Positions 1 to 23,452 of a DNA stretch of 64,000 nt are shown piece after piece. Each line of letters opens with the position of its first letter. Position 1 is the stretch's first letter. The position numbers and the translations under genes were made by a program. The DNA lies in contig OZ024743.1 in the NCBI GenBank assembly GCA_964016885.1, positions 247,876,001 through 247,940,000 of the forward strand, given 5' to 3'. The notes beneath the pieces are model-generated. The model was given only the letters and a program-made list of their open reading frames with translations, ran no database searches and was not told the origin of the DNA. This DNA comes from Eledone cirrhosa. Taxonomy: Eukaryota.

Positions 1-1101
1 CCCACCCCAGCCCCCAAGTGGATGGTATGGTACAACTATGAGTAGGTGATTCAGTGCCATCCGCTTCCAATTTCAGCTATTTAATGTAAATCACACACAC
101 ACATATATGAATATACATATACCGTATATATGTGTATGTTTACACACACAGACATACGCACGCATATATATATATATATATATATACATAGCTACGCACG
201 CACACACATATATAAACATATTTATGTGTGTGCGCGTGCGAGGTGTGTGTATAAATATATACACACGCACACACATAAGCGAAGGTAGAACTGAAGTTCC
301 TAATGGGCTGTACATTTTAATTTAAGATTTCTTTCTCTTTTATTAATTAACACTCAACATCCTCTCTTTATAATTTCCTGTTTTCTTACAGAGGAGAGCA
401 TATTTCCGCCAGTTCTATTATAAATAGAACCAAAAGATTTCTGCTACAGTTCTTTGACGTTGTGGAGAGTTGGTCTCGTAAGATATAAACATCACTACAC
501 GTGACGTTGACTGCATGCTTATGTTTGAGTGGCTGCTACACACACACGGTGGGCAAGTTACTCTGGAATTTTGCCAGTGTATTCACAGGGTCATCAGACT
601 TTAAAAAACTCAATGAAACCGATCGTGAGATCGGATCAAGAAAACAATGTTTTCACAAGTTTTAATATATTTAAAACAAATTAGAGTTTTGTTACTCCAG
701 AGTTCCTCCTGTGAATTCACTGGGTCATTACGTACATATATATATATATATATATTAAAGGAGGGTTACTCGGGAGTTTCGCCTGTGTATTCAGAGGTCA
801 TGAAACATGCATACACACACATATGCACATACAAACACGCACACATATATATAAATGCTTGTTTTGTGGGATTGTGTGATAAATACACTAAAACATGTAT
901 TGAATTAAGCATTCTTATGTATTGTATGGAGCCAATATATAATAATAGTTTTGCTAACGTTGGTGGATTACCAAAACAATGTGTTTTATTAAACCAGTCC
1001 ATCTCACGGGGCTCATTCTTACAAACAGTTCTAACTAAAGGTGCTTCTGAAAATACTTAACCAGACCAAAATACCCCCAAATAACAGCTTAGTGTAGAAA
1101 C

Positions 1102-1291
1102 TGCGGTGGATTAGCAGCATCCGTAGAGCGTCAGACAGCATGCTTTGCAGCATAGTTATGGCCCTTTACGTTCTAAGTTTAAATCCCGCCGAGGTTAACT
1201 TTGCCTTTCATCCTTACGGGGTCGATAAAATAAAGCACCAGTAATAAACTGGGGTAATTGCTAGCCTTGTGCCAAAAGTAGAAACAATTAT
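1102..1291 (+). mobile_element. tRNA-derived SINE, family A (octopus-type)
   Basis: Head GCGGTGGATTAGCAG, B-box-like GTTTAAATCCC, body GAGGTTAACTTTGCCTTTCATCCTTACGGGGTCGATAAAATAAAG, tail GCCTTGTGCCAAAAGTAGAAACAATT; shared with >10 copies in this window. Confidence 0.85.
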
Positions 1292-1835
1292 AAGAAACTA
1301 CGAAATACAGCAGCTGAAGCCTGATGTTGCCTGTCATTCTCATACCAGTAATTAGTGCAGATTGGTGGTTGTTTAGCCGGGCGGGTTGGGATATGGTTTT
1401 GAAGGTCATGTGTGATTTTTACTTATCCTTGTGTGGTAAGGGTCCGATGAGTGGGGTCGAATATAAGTTTATAGGTTATGTTTGCTTGAGTTCGTGGATA
1501 GCTTTGGTTTGTAGTAGATTTATTTGGGTTCAAGTGACAGTTATAGTTACATATATGCATTTAGAGTAGTTCTGTGACTGAAATTGTAAAAATTAGAAAA
1601 TAATGTCGTAAAAGGAAAAGAAATGAGCCGATTGTCAAATCGGACCAATGATTTTGTGTAAATAGATGTTGGTTTTTCATTGTATTTAATGAAGTCGAGT
1701 GAAATAGTCGGGGCAGGGAAATGGGGTGGGGAGCGGAAGCATTTCTCAAAATGCAAATATAATTAATACATATAGAAAGAAACAGATGTTAAAAAACATC
1801 ATACATTAAAACAAAATAAAGTGATCGTTTGTGAA

Positions 1836-2157
1836 GGCACTTGGTTTAGTGGTTAGGGCATTCAACTCACGATTGGATGGCCGCGAGTTCGATTTCCGAC
1901 GGTATGTTGTAACCTTGAGCAATATACTTTATTTCACATTGTTCCAGTCCTCAACTAGCAAAAACGATTTGTACCTGTAATTCAAAATGGCATCCTTGTC
2001 ACATACCACTGTCACGCTGAATCTCCATACCAACTACGTTAAGAGCACACGTGACAATGGAATGTGGAATGTTTAACCACTTGCAGGTTACCTTTAAGAG
2101 CAGGCTGTTCCGTTATACGAACTGGAATACAAGTCGTCGGAACCGACGGAGGTCCAT
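1836..2157 (+). mobile_element. tRNA-derived SINE, family B
   Basis: A-box-like TGGTTTAGTGG, B-box GAGTTCGATTTCC; body CTTGTCACA...AACTACGTTAAG...GAGCAGGCTGTTCCGTT...GTCGTCGGAACCGACGGAG shared with copies at 33730 and 40435. Confidence 0.85.
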
Positions 2158-3901
2158 CAACATGGGCGTTAACCAAGTGATGTAAATTTAAATTACCCCA
2201 GGACTTATTTTTCTCCTCATTTCCCCCATATCTTTTTTATTGTGTGTTCTCGTTATACATATGCTCATGGTGAGAGCTATTTCATTCTACTTAACATCGT
2301 ATATACCCTGGAGAAGGATACAGTCGTCAACATAGCAATATTCCATATCCTAAAAAAATTCCAAGATTATGTCTACATAAGAACCAAACATAATACACAC
2401 GTGTCTGTATGTATGTATTTGGTGAATTATGTATGTATTCTTTCTCAATCCAAATATTATATATATAAAAATTACCACAAGAAAATGTGACAGCTATTTA
2501 TAATAGGGTTATTCTCCTGGGATATCGGGATCCCTGTCTGTTTTAAGCTATTTCAGATTTCCCAGGAAAGGCTTCACGTCTCAGGAAATTCTGGGATATT
2601 TTTTAGAAATACACGCACATATACAATTCCACACATACATATACTTGCAAACACAAATGCATAAACCCACATTCAAACCCCCTTCTACATACACGTGCAC
2701 ATATATACATTTGTAATATATCATATATCGTACATACACATAAATCATACAAATCTTTTGATAAAATTAGAAGTTTGAAGTTTGTTGTATCGAGACAAAA
2801 TTTGGTTTGAATCCAAAGACTATAGAGCCAAAACGAATACCACAAATCATTCTATCTGACACTGTAACGCCTCGGTTAGTTCGCCGCCGCTTTACAGTTG
2901 ATAGGTATGAGTAAAAAGAATCGCAACTCAGAAAGAGCAATGAAAACGTAGGAAAGAGGGGGGGGGGGGTGAGAAAGTGAAATACATAAAAAGAACGATT
3001 AACTATATACTTACTTTGAGCGATGTAAAAATGTTATTTGAAACGATTGATTATCTTAAGCATTCAGGAATACTGGATGACTGAATGGTTCACCTTTCTC
3101 TATAATTGTTATTAGGATTCTTGTTGTTCTTCTTTTAGGGGTTTGATGTATTTATAGTTGCTGTTAATAGTTCGGTGAATTATGCAATCCACAGATCGAT
3201 ATTATTGTTGGTTTAAACTTCCTCGCGACAGTTAAGGATGGAAACCTGGAAAGAAAATATATGGGATTTGAAATCAAAATATATTTAAAAGAAATAATCA
3301 GATTGAAATTCTTGAAATAAAATCATAATTAACCATCCTGTTCGTTTTAAAGCTATTTCGTCATGTATTAAGATGCTTTGTATTAACAGTAAAATAAAAC
3401 AAGGTCAAATAAATTCTGTTCTTACAAGATCATTGTAAGAACAGAATAACGAACAAACTGAGAAAAGGGATGAAGTGTAGGGTTGTATAGAACAGCTAAT
3501 CAACAAAGGGATGCCAGAAAAACAGTAAAGAACCGAAGGAACTTAGCTATAGAGTGGTTCGATAATTCAGAAAGCCTTTGTACTACATTGGTAGCTGTTG
3601 TTCAACACCTAACCAAGACTTGATAAACCATTTTACTTTGCAGAGTTAATAGCAAACAAATGACATCTGACACTATATATTACTAAATAGACATTCTGCA
3701 ATTGGACCTCATTAACTAATTTCCGCAAACAGGAAGCTATAGTAGAAGAAAACCTAGAAAAACCTTGACATGGGTGGTTAGAGCTGACCGCAAAACATTG
3801 AACCTCTGATGGAGCGATGCCAAAGGACGCTGTGTTGGAAAAGGACCCGTCGAAGCCATGCAAATGTGAAAAGCAGGTGTAAAAATGATGATAACAGTGA
3901 C

Positions 3902-4040
3902 AGGCGCAAGCATGGCTATATAGTTAAGGAGTTAACTTTGCAAACACATGGTTTCTGGTTCACTTCTACGGTGTGGCACCATGGGTAACTATCTTCTACT
4001 AAAGCCTCGGGTTGACCAATGAATTGCAGAAGTCCGTTGT
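3902..4040 (+). mobile_element. tRNA-headed SINE fragment, family C
   Basis: GGCGCAAGCATGGCTATATAGTTAAG...GGTTCACTTCTAC..GGCACCATGGG; similar head at about 29020-29130. Confidence 0.5.
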
Positions 4041-4214
4041 ATATTTATGTATGTATGCATCCGTATCTATGTGTGTCTGTGGTTATGTCTAGTGACATAG
4101 TGCTAGACTAATAAGTACTGGCTTCAAAAGTAGAATGTAAAAAATCCAGAACAAATGCCGTAATGGAATTTTATCCGACGCTCCACCAATTCTTCCAATC
4201 CACATCTCTTAATA

Positions 4215-4420
4215 ATGGTTTCTAATTTAGGCACAATGCTAACAATTTGGGGGAGGGGAAAGTCATTAATTGGCCCCAATGCGTTACTGGTACTTTATTT
4301 TATCGACACCGTAAGGGTGAAAGGCAAAGATAACTTCAGCAGGATTTGAACTCGGGATGTAACTATATGCTGCATAGCATTTTGTACGGCGCTCTACCGA
4401 TATTGGCAATCCACTGCCCT
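4215..4420 (-). mobile_element. SINE family A
   Basis: Reverse complement of the family A core: GGTACTTTATTTTATCGAC..GTGAAAGGCAAAG..GGATTTGAACTC. Confidence 0.8.
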
Positions 4421-4954
4421 CAGTAACAACAACAATAATGATAATAATAACTTCTTACAGTTTGACTGGTCTGGTACTAGTCCCTTCTTTGACATGCCGT
4501 CTCTGGTCTTTTGAAGCGGTTTGCAGATCTTAGCCCAAAGAACACACATTTTATATTCGATTAGCCCAACTCAACACACCTTAATGAAGATAAAGCGTTC
4601 TGTCTTTCATTGACCAATGTAATTTAAGATGTCTATTATTCATCAAGCTTTGATGATAATTAGGAAGTACGTGATTTCGTTCGCTTTCATTCAATACTTA
4701 TGTGTATTTATGTACATCTACAACAACAGAACAGAGAGAGAGACAAACTAACCAAACAATAGAAATATGGGATGATAACGTGAAAGTTCCTTAAACAATG
4801 TCAACAAAGCGTTGATTTAGTGTTCAACTTGTAACCCCATTCTTTCATAGTTTTGTAAAAAATAAATAAAACATGACAATAGGATTTAGAAAACCTGTAA
4901 ATAGGAAATACCTAAGAATACCTGGCAATGATTATATAATAAACTTCTTCACCC

Positions 4955-5495
4955 ACTTATTCTTGAGAGGGTCGTGGAGGCGGAGTCCTCAAACGACTCC
5001 TTCCAGCCGGTCCTGCCAGAAGCAATTGTCTCCAACTGATCCAGCTGGATCCCCAAGCATGATCAGTCAGGCTCATGAATGTTATCCAACCATCTTGCTC
5101 GGAGTCTATCCCTGGGTCTCTTGTCGGTTGGTTTTACCCGTAAAATCTGTCCAGCGATTCTTTCCTGAGATATTTTAACCACAGGCCCATAGTATCGGAG
5201 CTGTAATGGCTCTACATGGAGTGACTCTCTGATCTCCTTGTTACGCACTTTATCGAGTAACGTTACTTCAAAGACCCCCTCGGAGGAATCCCATTTCGGC
5301 CGCTTGTATTCGCGATCGTATTCTTTCAGTCATTACCCATAGGTATGGGTTGGCACAAAAACCGAATTGGAGATAGCGAGTTTGGCTTTTACGCCTACCT
5401 CCCTTCTTCTGATTACTGAAGCTAGCGCATTACTACACCAGCTTTTGCAATTCTTGCACTTAATTCAGCCTCCTGCCTTCCATCACTCGTGAACA
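4955..5495 (-). mobile_element. RTE-clade LINE, 3' ORF fragment (degenerate)
   Basis: Minus-strand translation gives VMTERIRSRIQAAEMGFLR...VRNKEIRESLHVEPLQLRYYG.V...RPR.R.R.RWLDNI, typical of the RTE C-terminus; contains frameshifts. Confidence 0.8.
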
Positions 5496-5654
5496 CACAT
5501 ACACATGCCTGCATCTAAATCCATCATATTATCGAATTTAATTTCGTTCGAACAATGTAGACAAAATTGTCGCAAACTTTATTATATCTGCTTATCTCGT
5601 GAAAAAAATAACTTAAACGAGAATAAAATGAAACACATACCTGTAGTAATAAAT

Positions 5655-5918
5655 TGAATTAGTTCAAGCACCCTCACAGTATCGCTACAAAGGGTGTAAA
5701 CAACACCTAGCAATTGGTTGAAGATAGTTTCAACCTTACATCTTCCTTGCCTTCTTGAATGCTCCAGTGGTGCCAAGATCTGAGTAGACGATCTCAAACT
5801 TTAGCGCCACTGGAGCATTAAAGGAGGCAAGGATGTAAGGTTGGAACTTTCTTCAACGAATGGCTAGATGTTGTTTACACCGTTTCTGGTGATGCTGTGA
5901 GGATGTTTGACTAATTCA
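5655..5918. mobile_element. Imperfect ~260-bp palindrome, MITE-like
   Basis: Arm GGTGTAAACAACACCTAGC...CCTTACATC..CCTTGCCTT..AATGCTCCAGTGG pairs with CCACTGGAGCATT..GGAGGCAAGGATGTAAGG...GCTAGATGTTGTTTACACC. Confidence 0.7.
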
Positions 5919-6964
5919 CGTGTCAGTAGAGCTTTAAGGAAACAACACCAATAACCCGCCCATGGCATATCACTGAATGGAAACTGCATGAGTAATTTTT
6001 ATCTTTATTTTTGTTCATGCAATCTTTATTCATGTAATTTTCTGTTCACGTAATAGCCTTCTGATAAGGGTGCAACTGTTACATAACAGTTACCATCGAA
6101 ATACGTATAACAACGATCATGTAATCAATAAAATGAGGTAAATTTTAACCTACTGGCTTCTGCTTTCTTGTTATACCAATACCCCGGAGTACACAGACTT
6201 ACATATATACTTCGTCGAGTATATATATATATATGTTTCGGTATTTTATCCATTATCAGTGACGCTTGCTCACTCAGTATTGAGATTAGAATAAGCTGTT
6301 ATATGATCACAGCTTAAAAAGTCATAGCGAAATTTATATGTTTTTTATACAAAAACATGTCGTATATGCTTTTATAATCACCGCTATTTCAAGCACGCTA
6401 TACTAGTGCTATTGTCATCCTCTTCTTATCTAGTCTTTACTTTTTTAAGTGCAGTATACACACATATATATGCACAAGACAAATACGCTATCCTTAAGAG
6501 TTTGCGTTACACATACATATATACGTACACACACACATACTTTATAAACACATATACATTATACACACACAAACATTCATATATATCTCTATATATACAT
6601 ATACATACAAATGTAATATAATACATAAGCGTCCAGATTTTAGCATATATTTGTCTGTTCCAATGTAATTAAGGTATTCACTTGTTTAGAGTAAATTTAG
6701 ATATTTACAATGGCACAGTGGGTAATCTTACGCTGACTCATGAATGCTATGCTCTACATCATTTCAGACAAAGATCCTTGTTCATCCTTTTCACACCTAG
6801 TCTTTATTTTGTTTACTACAACCATTTAAATGAACCTTTCTCAACTAACTTTTCTTCACACTATGAAATCGCTCCCCCGTTTCTGTATTTCAAACATTCA
6901 GTCTATTTTGCCGTTTATTACATCACTCTATCGCCTACTCAGGGCATCAGATTAAAAATGCTTT

Positions 6965-7113
6965 AGTGTTTATTCAGGCTCATTGTGCCCTGAGTTCAAA
7001 TTCTGCCGAGATCAACTTTGCCTTTCATCCTTTCGAGGTTGATAAACAAAGTACCCGTTTAGTAGTGGAGTCGATTCTCCACCCATACCCACCACACTCT
7101 CACACACACAACA

Positions 7114-7169
<56 letters not shown>

Positions 7170-7290
7170 TATACAACCTTTCTCTCGTAAAAATCGGCTG
7201 CGTTCCGATTTGGAGAGGGATGGGTTTTGCCAGGTTTTAAAATACCTAGGATGGCGCCCTTACGACTCCATCAAGAGTTAAGATCCCTTT
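6965..7290 (+). mobile_element. SINE family A partial, plus (CT)n(CA)n and a conserved 3' module
   Basis: CTGAGTTCAAATTCTGCCGAG..CTTTGCCTTTCATCC core, then the GGAGAGGGATGGG..GGCGCCC..CTCCA module also seen at about 10310-10405 and 25300-25395. Confidence 0.65.
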
Positions 7291-7451
7291 ACCTTTTATT
7301 TCATATCGCCTACTTGTTGAGTCTTTATAGGCTAGCTATATCGCCTTTCATGAATACTCTCAGCTGTCCACTATCTTCTGTACAATATGGTTCTATTGAA
7401 TCTTCTTACATAGCGAGATAAACGTATGGGCAGACGAGAAAGTTGTTATTA

Positions 7452-7775
7452 GTGGACCTCAATCGGTTCCGACGAAGATTGTTCCAATTGTTCGATCAAC
7501 GGAACAGCCTGCTCGTGAAATTTACATGTAAATTGCTGAGCACTATACAGAACTGTGCACTAATAATATAAATCTCAAGGAAATTCAGCGTAACACAGTC
7601 TGAAATAAGGCTGGTCCTTTGAATTACGAGCACATCTCATTTTTGCCAGCAGTGTACACTGGAACAAAATCAAATAAAGTGTCTTGATCATGGACACAAC
7701 GCATCGCCAGCTCTTGAAATCGAACTCACTAACTTCTGATTATGAGCCGAACACCCTAACCACTAAGCCACGCAA
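7452..7775 (-). mobile_element. SINE family B
   Basis: CAACGGAACAGCCTGCTCGTGAAAT...CGAACTCAC..GAGCCGAACACCCTAACCACTAAGCCA. Confidence 0.85.
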
Positions 7776-8477
7776 GTAGAACATTCATTATCAAACGATT
7801 CGTATACTGTCACTGTGTTATTTTGTTCCCAGATCAGCTCAGATACAGTTGATCGATGAACAAAAAGATTCAGGTGATGACCATTCTTTAAAGCATAGTG
7901 TATCCCTAACTATATTATCCAATGAGCTTTTTTTTTTTTTTTTCTTAAAGATAGAAGCTTTTAGATTGAAAGATATTTGGCTGCTATTTCTAGCAGGCTG
8001 GTCGTGTTTGTGCTAGTGTTCATGTTCAGCTCTGACCGAGCAGAGATATGGCCAAGAGATTTCCAGCCGTTACCATTCCATTTTTTTTCCTTGTGTGCAG
8101 GAAACTCTGGATCACATTATCCAACATTTTAGTCTCTATAACAGTAGAGTGTGATTTGAGGGAGAATTAACTGCTATTTCTAGCAGGTTAAGCGACCACG
8201 TAGACTCATTCGTTGGTTCGAATATGTTTTTTATGCAGTTTTCAACTCTCTTAGTTGAAAACAAAATCAATCTAGCTTTGTTTAATATCGATTTAGGAGT
8301 TAAGCAACTGGTTGGTTTTCATTTATAAGTTTATCAATTTTTATAGTAGCTATATGACAACCTGCCTTGCTATACAAAAAAGTTCAAACAAAGGAATGAC
8401 TTGTATGAAGAAGAGGAGAAGACAAACAATCTATCCCACCGTCTCTCTCATTCTGCCTTTCGTTCCTTCTCTTCTGT

Positions 8478-8947
8478 TTTGTCTCCTTCAATATCATCAC
8501 CATCAGCAGCTACTATCTGCCCGCTTTGTCTCCTTCAATATCATCACCATCAGCAGCTACTATCTGCCCGCTTTGTCTCCTTCAATATCATCACCATCAG
8601 CAGCTACTATCTGCCCGCTTTGTCTCCTTCAATATCATCACCATCAGCAGCTACTATCTGTCCGCTTTGTCTCCTTCAATATCATCACCATCAGCAGCTA
8701 CTATCTGCCCGCTTTGTCTCCTTCAATATCATCACCATCAGCAGCTACTATCTGCCCGCTTTGTCTCCTTCAATATCATCACCATCAGCAGCTACTATCT
8801 GCCCGCTTTGTCTCCTTCAATATCATCACCACCAGCAGCTACTATCTGCCCGCTTTGTCTCCTTCAATATCATCACCATCAGCAGCTACTATCTGTCCGC
8901 TTTGTCTCCTTCAATATCATCACTATCAGCAGCTACTATCTGCCCGC
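8478..8947. repeat. 47-bp minisatellite, 10 near-identical copies
   Basis: Unit TTTGTCTCCTTCAATATCATCACCATCAGCAGCTACTATCTGCCCGC repeated tandemly. Confidence 0.97.
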
Positions 8948-9332
8948 TGCATGTCGAAGGTTCCCTCAAGCTGGTGCTAACTGTTCCTCTTTAATGCTCC
9001 TCTCGTTACATCTATCGTTCATAAACTTATTGACTTCATCTTTGGATCTCGTCCTCTGTTTTCTTCCACTGCAAGGACCTGTTCCCACCTGTTCATCATT
9101 TCTGTTCATAGATTTATCCATGTTTTCATTTGTCCATGTCACATGCTCTGCTCACTGCCGTTTTCTCTTCTGAATATGTTTTATGATGTCTTGTACTTTT
9201 ATTTGTTCTTCAGTCAATTGTCAAGTTTGTTTCTGTCCTAACATGCATCTTTCTATATTTCTTTTTCTTGTTCCAAATTTCTGTTTCAAACGTTTAGTCA
9301 TCAACCATGTCTCTGTTCTGTAAGTCATTACT
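8948..9332 (-). mobile_element. Degenerate RTE-like LINE 3' fragment
   Basis: Minus strand resembles the decayed W.GHV.R...RW C-terminal region of RTE ORFs; abuts the minisatellite. Confidence 0.45.
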
Positions 9333-9914
9333 GCAGACCTGTCAACTCTTCCCGCCCGACAGGGAGATCTCCCACTCACTTTGGGGTGGCTGAGAGATGC
9401 GTTCTCTTGTGAAAATGGGTATAGCTTTCATTATGTAAAATCTCCCCATTTTGCCTCATTTCTCCCCGTTTTGGGAGAGACGGAGAAAGTGACAATTTGG
9501 TTCTTTTGTGTTCGGACCTGGTGTATATTTGTGTGTATAAGAGAGAATGAGTCTCACAACCACACATAAAGCACATTTAGTCTGTGGTTTCATTTGATGT
9601 GCACATGTTATATTTCTGTTGATGTGAAACACTTGTGGGAATTTTTTATAAAATATTTCAAAAATTCTCTACTCTATTACGTTTTCCAGCCGACTGGCTG
9701 AGGCCATGCTGGGGCACCTCTATTGAAAAATATGGAACGCTTCGCGAATTGCGTGTCATCCTTTTAAAATTTATTAATTTTTTTTTTAGAATGAACACAT
9801 ACAAAAACACACATATTCGGAGGCCTGGTCCGGATGATTACAACAGAGTGGACTCAGCTAAAGGCAACTAAGAGCTAGTTGGTTCTTAAACCGGTTAACG
9901 GATTAAGTCTATCA

Positions 9915-10115
9915 CTCAAATGAGGATTTGAACTCAGAACACAAAAGGTCGGAACAAATTCTGCAAGACGCTCTAACCATTCCGCTAACCCACCACCCAG
10001 GACGGGTATTTTATTTTATCGTCATCAAAAGGGTTAAAAGTAAAGTCGACTCTGGCGGGATTTGAACTCAGTGTGCAGAGAGCCGGAATAAATACCGCAA
10101 GGCATTTTGTCCTAC
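9915..10115 (-). mobile_element. Two partial SINE family A copies
   Basis: GGATTTGAACTCAG occurs twice with family A flanks. Confidence 0.7.
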
Positions 10116-10809
10116 GTATGTTATAGGAGGGATGTTTTTTTTATGGAATAGTCAACGGTCACAGAAGACGTTAGAACGCCAGACAGTAGCTTGAGAGTAT
10201 TTGTTTCGGCTTTCTGCACTCTGGTCCTTCCGATGTCCATAAAAGAAGTATCAGTCCAGGGCGATTCTTCCTTTTCATATCTTTTTCATTCTCTCTCTCC
10301 CTTTCTGGAGGAAACCGGCTGAGTTCTGACCTGGAGAGGGATGGGCTCCGTCAGGTTTAAATGCCCAAACGGCGCCCCTAAGATTCCACCAGGAGTTACG
10401 GGTCCATACATACAACGGTCATAGACATTGCAGGCCCTTCTGGCTAGTGAGATCAATATGATGGGTGTTCAGTCATAAAATTTGTAGGTTGCCTTTTGTA
10501 AACCATGAATGGAGAAGAGGTGGCGATAGGATTACTGAGCAAACAGTTCCAGTTAAAAAGACTGGTGTGAGAGACATAGTAAAGTTTAGTCGTGTTGGTC
10601 CATGCGGGGGTGGTATGCAACTAGACAGTTCAGAGAAACAAAGGCCACTATAGTAGTGGTAAAAGAGGAGATAAGCGGGGAGGGAGGTGAGAATGAGTGA
10701 GGTGGGAACAGAAGGAAACAGCGCGTGTTTGTAAGGTGATAATTGTAATGTTGCTGAGTGAGTCTTTGCCAATCAAACAAATTGTTTTTTGGTTGATGTT
10801 GAGGATATG

Positions 10810-10985
10810 TGACGAGGTTGGCCCTTTGAATTATAGGTACAACTCATTTTTACAAGCTGAGAAAACTAAACTGAAGCAACGTGAAGTAAAGTGTCTTGCT
10901 CAAGGACACAATGCGCTGCCGGGAGTCGAACTCATGACCTTACGATCGTTTACCGAACACCGTAAACACTAAGCCATGCGCATTC
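10810..10985 (-). mobile_element. SINE family B, 5' half
   Basis: CCCTTTGAATTATAGGTACAACTCATTTTT...GTGTCTTGCTCAAGGACACAA..GTCGAACTCATGACCTTACGATCG. Confidence 0.8.
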
Positions 10986-11439
10986 ACACAAACCGAAATA
11001 GCCACGAGAAGTGGTACACATTCAATAAGAGTTTGGCGCTACCATTAAGGCTAACTAGGTAGCTGCTTAGAGAAGCACATTAATGAACCTCAAATGGTCA
11101 CAGTTTCATATAAATTTCTATAAAAAAAGTAAATATATAATTTATTGTGATTAATAAATTAATCGCTAAACATCTTTTGCCGTGTAGCCGTAGTGTAGAA
11201 ATATCCAAAGCGATGGAAAGGGTCTAACGATGTTATGACACAGTACGTAGGTGAATGTAGACTGTGTAATAGAAAATGCAAGGTGTAGTCAGCAAGAATT
11301 GTCAAAAACCAGGTCTGTCAGTTAACTGGACACTCTCTACCAAAGAGCGAGCACGATGGAGAATAAATTTAATAAGGCAGCTGTTCTCATTATCTTTTGG
11401 TCGAAAGAAACCTGAGGTAAGAAATATTTTCTGCGAACT

Positions 11440-13922
<2,483 letters not shown>

Positions 13923-14081
13923 ATATTGTTATACTTTGGGAGGGTCATGTTGCTAATAAGAAACACACGCACCAGTTGATTTCACTTCAATTTAATTTAT
14001 TAAATATTTATAAATTTACAAATTTATAAATTTCTGGTTGGTTGGTTGGTTCCACAACCAGATAGTTGTTTATATATATAT

Positions 14082-14126
14082 AGTCATAGTTCTTTCGTCA
14101 CACACTCTGTGACCTCTTCAGTGACT
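14082..14126 (-). ncRNA. Type I minimal hammerhead ribozyme motif (family A)
   Basis: Reverse complement reads AGTCA-CTGAAGA-G-GTCACA gagtg TGTGAC-GAAA-GAAC-TA-TGACT. Confidence 0.8.
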
Positions 14127-14236
14127 GGGGATTTCGTTCTTCGTTTCTGTGTCTTTCCTTTCTTCTATCCTACGCCATTTTTCAATGGCGTAGAATAGAA
14201 GAAAGGAAAGACACAGAAACGAAGAACGAAATCCCC

Positions 14237-14281
14237 AGTCACTGAAGAGGTCACAGAGTGTGTGACGAAAGAACTATGACT
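14237..14281 (+). ncRNA. Type I minimal hammerhead ribozyme motif (family A)
   Basis: Stem I AGTCA/TGACT, core CTGAAGA 14242-14248, stem II GTCACA/TGTGAC, GAAA 14267-14270, minimal stem III, predicted cleavage after UA at 14276. Confidence 0.82.
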
Positions 14282-14497
14282 ATATATATATAAACAACTA
14301 TCTGGTTGTGGAACCAACCAACCAACCAGAAATTTATAAATTTGTAAATTTATAAATATTTAATAAATTAAATTGAAGTGAAAGCAACTGGTGCGTGTGT
14401 TTCTTATTGGCAACATGACCCTCCCAAAGTATAACAATATCGGTTTCAACACACGATTTCAGATAAAGAATCTTGCTAAACAAATTCAGAAACGAAA

Positions 14498-15995
<1,498 letters not shown>

Positions 15996-16190
15996 TTTCG
16001 TTTCAGAGTGTGTGACGAAAGAACTATGACTATATATATATATAAACAACTATCTGGTTGTGGAACCAACCAACCAACCAGAAATTTATAAATTTGTAAA
16101 TTTATAAATATATATTAAATTAAATTGAAGTGAAAGCAACTGGTGCGTGTGTTTCTTATTGGCAACATGACCCTCCCAAAGTATAACAAT
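15996..16190 (+). mobile_element. Truncated family A HHR element copy
   Basis: Short inverted end TTTCGTTTC fused to AGAGTGTGTGACGAAAGAACTATGAC...CCCTCCCAAAGTATAACAAT; starts in the HHR stem II loop, so CTGAAGA is missing. Confidence 0.85.
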
Positions 16191-19310
<3,120 letters not shown>

Positions 19311-19311
<1 letters not shown>

Positions 19312-19877
19312 CGTTTCTGAATTTGTTTAGCAAGATTCTTTATCTGAAATCGTGTGTTGAAACCGATATTGTTATACTTTGGGAGGGTCATGTTGCCAAT
19401 AAGAAACACACGCACCAGTTGTTTCACTTCAATTTAATTTATTATATATTTATAAATTTACAAATTTACAAATTTATAAATTTCTGGTTGGTTGGTTGGT
19501 TCCACAACCAGATAGTTGTTTATATATATATAGTCATAGTTCTTTCGTCACACACTCTGTGTCCTCTTCAGTGACTGGGGATTTCTTTCTTCGTTTCTGT
19601 GCCTTTCCTTTCTTCTATCCTACGCCATTTTGTTTGTGTGTGGGTTGCGTGCTCAGTTTGCGCATGCGCCACATCCGGGTTTCTGTGTGTGTTTTCAACC
19701 AACCAACCAGAAATTTATAAATTTGTAAATTTATAAATATATAATAAATTAAATTGAAGTGAAAGCAACTGGTGCGTGTGTTTCTTATTGGCAACATGAC
19801 CCTCCCAAAGTATAACAATATCGGTTTCAACACACGATTTCAGATAAAGAATCTTGCTAAACAAATTCAGAAACGAA
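19311..19877. mobile_element. Second fold-back family A element: full minus copy 19311-19630, unique spacer, partial plus copy 19697-19877
   Basis: Near-identical to 13923-14497; outer arms are inverted. Confidence 0.85.
19532..19576 (-). ncRNA. Hammerhead ribozyme motif (family A) with one stem II mismatch
   Basis: Reverse complement reads AGTCA-CTGAAGA-G-GACACA gagtg TGTGAC-GAAA-GAACTA-TGACT. Confidence 0.72.

Positions 19878-23452
<3,575 letters not shown>

Larger units (their letters stand above)
13923..14497. mobile_element. Fold-back element (family A HHR element): ~257-bp inverted arms around a TTTC loop at 14180-14183; Penelope-like/retrozyme-like
   Basis: 13923-14179 is the reverse complement of 14184-14440 with about 3 mismatches; each arm carries an HHR; flanked by TA tracts. 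Confidence 0.85.

Noticed and set aside
392-477. Possible plus-strand exon (…RTKRFLLQFFDVVESW)
   Set aside because: Plausible splice signals but short, with no recognisable homology or partner exons
8312-9173. Three overlapping ~200-aa ORFs, or a CRISPR-like array
   Set aside because: Produced by a stop-free 47-bp tandem repeat; no unique spacers and no cas genes
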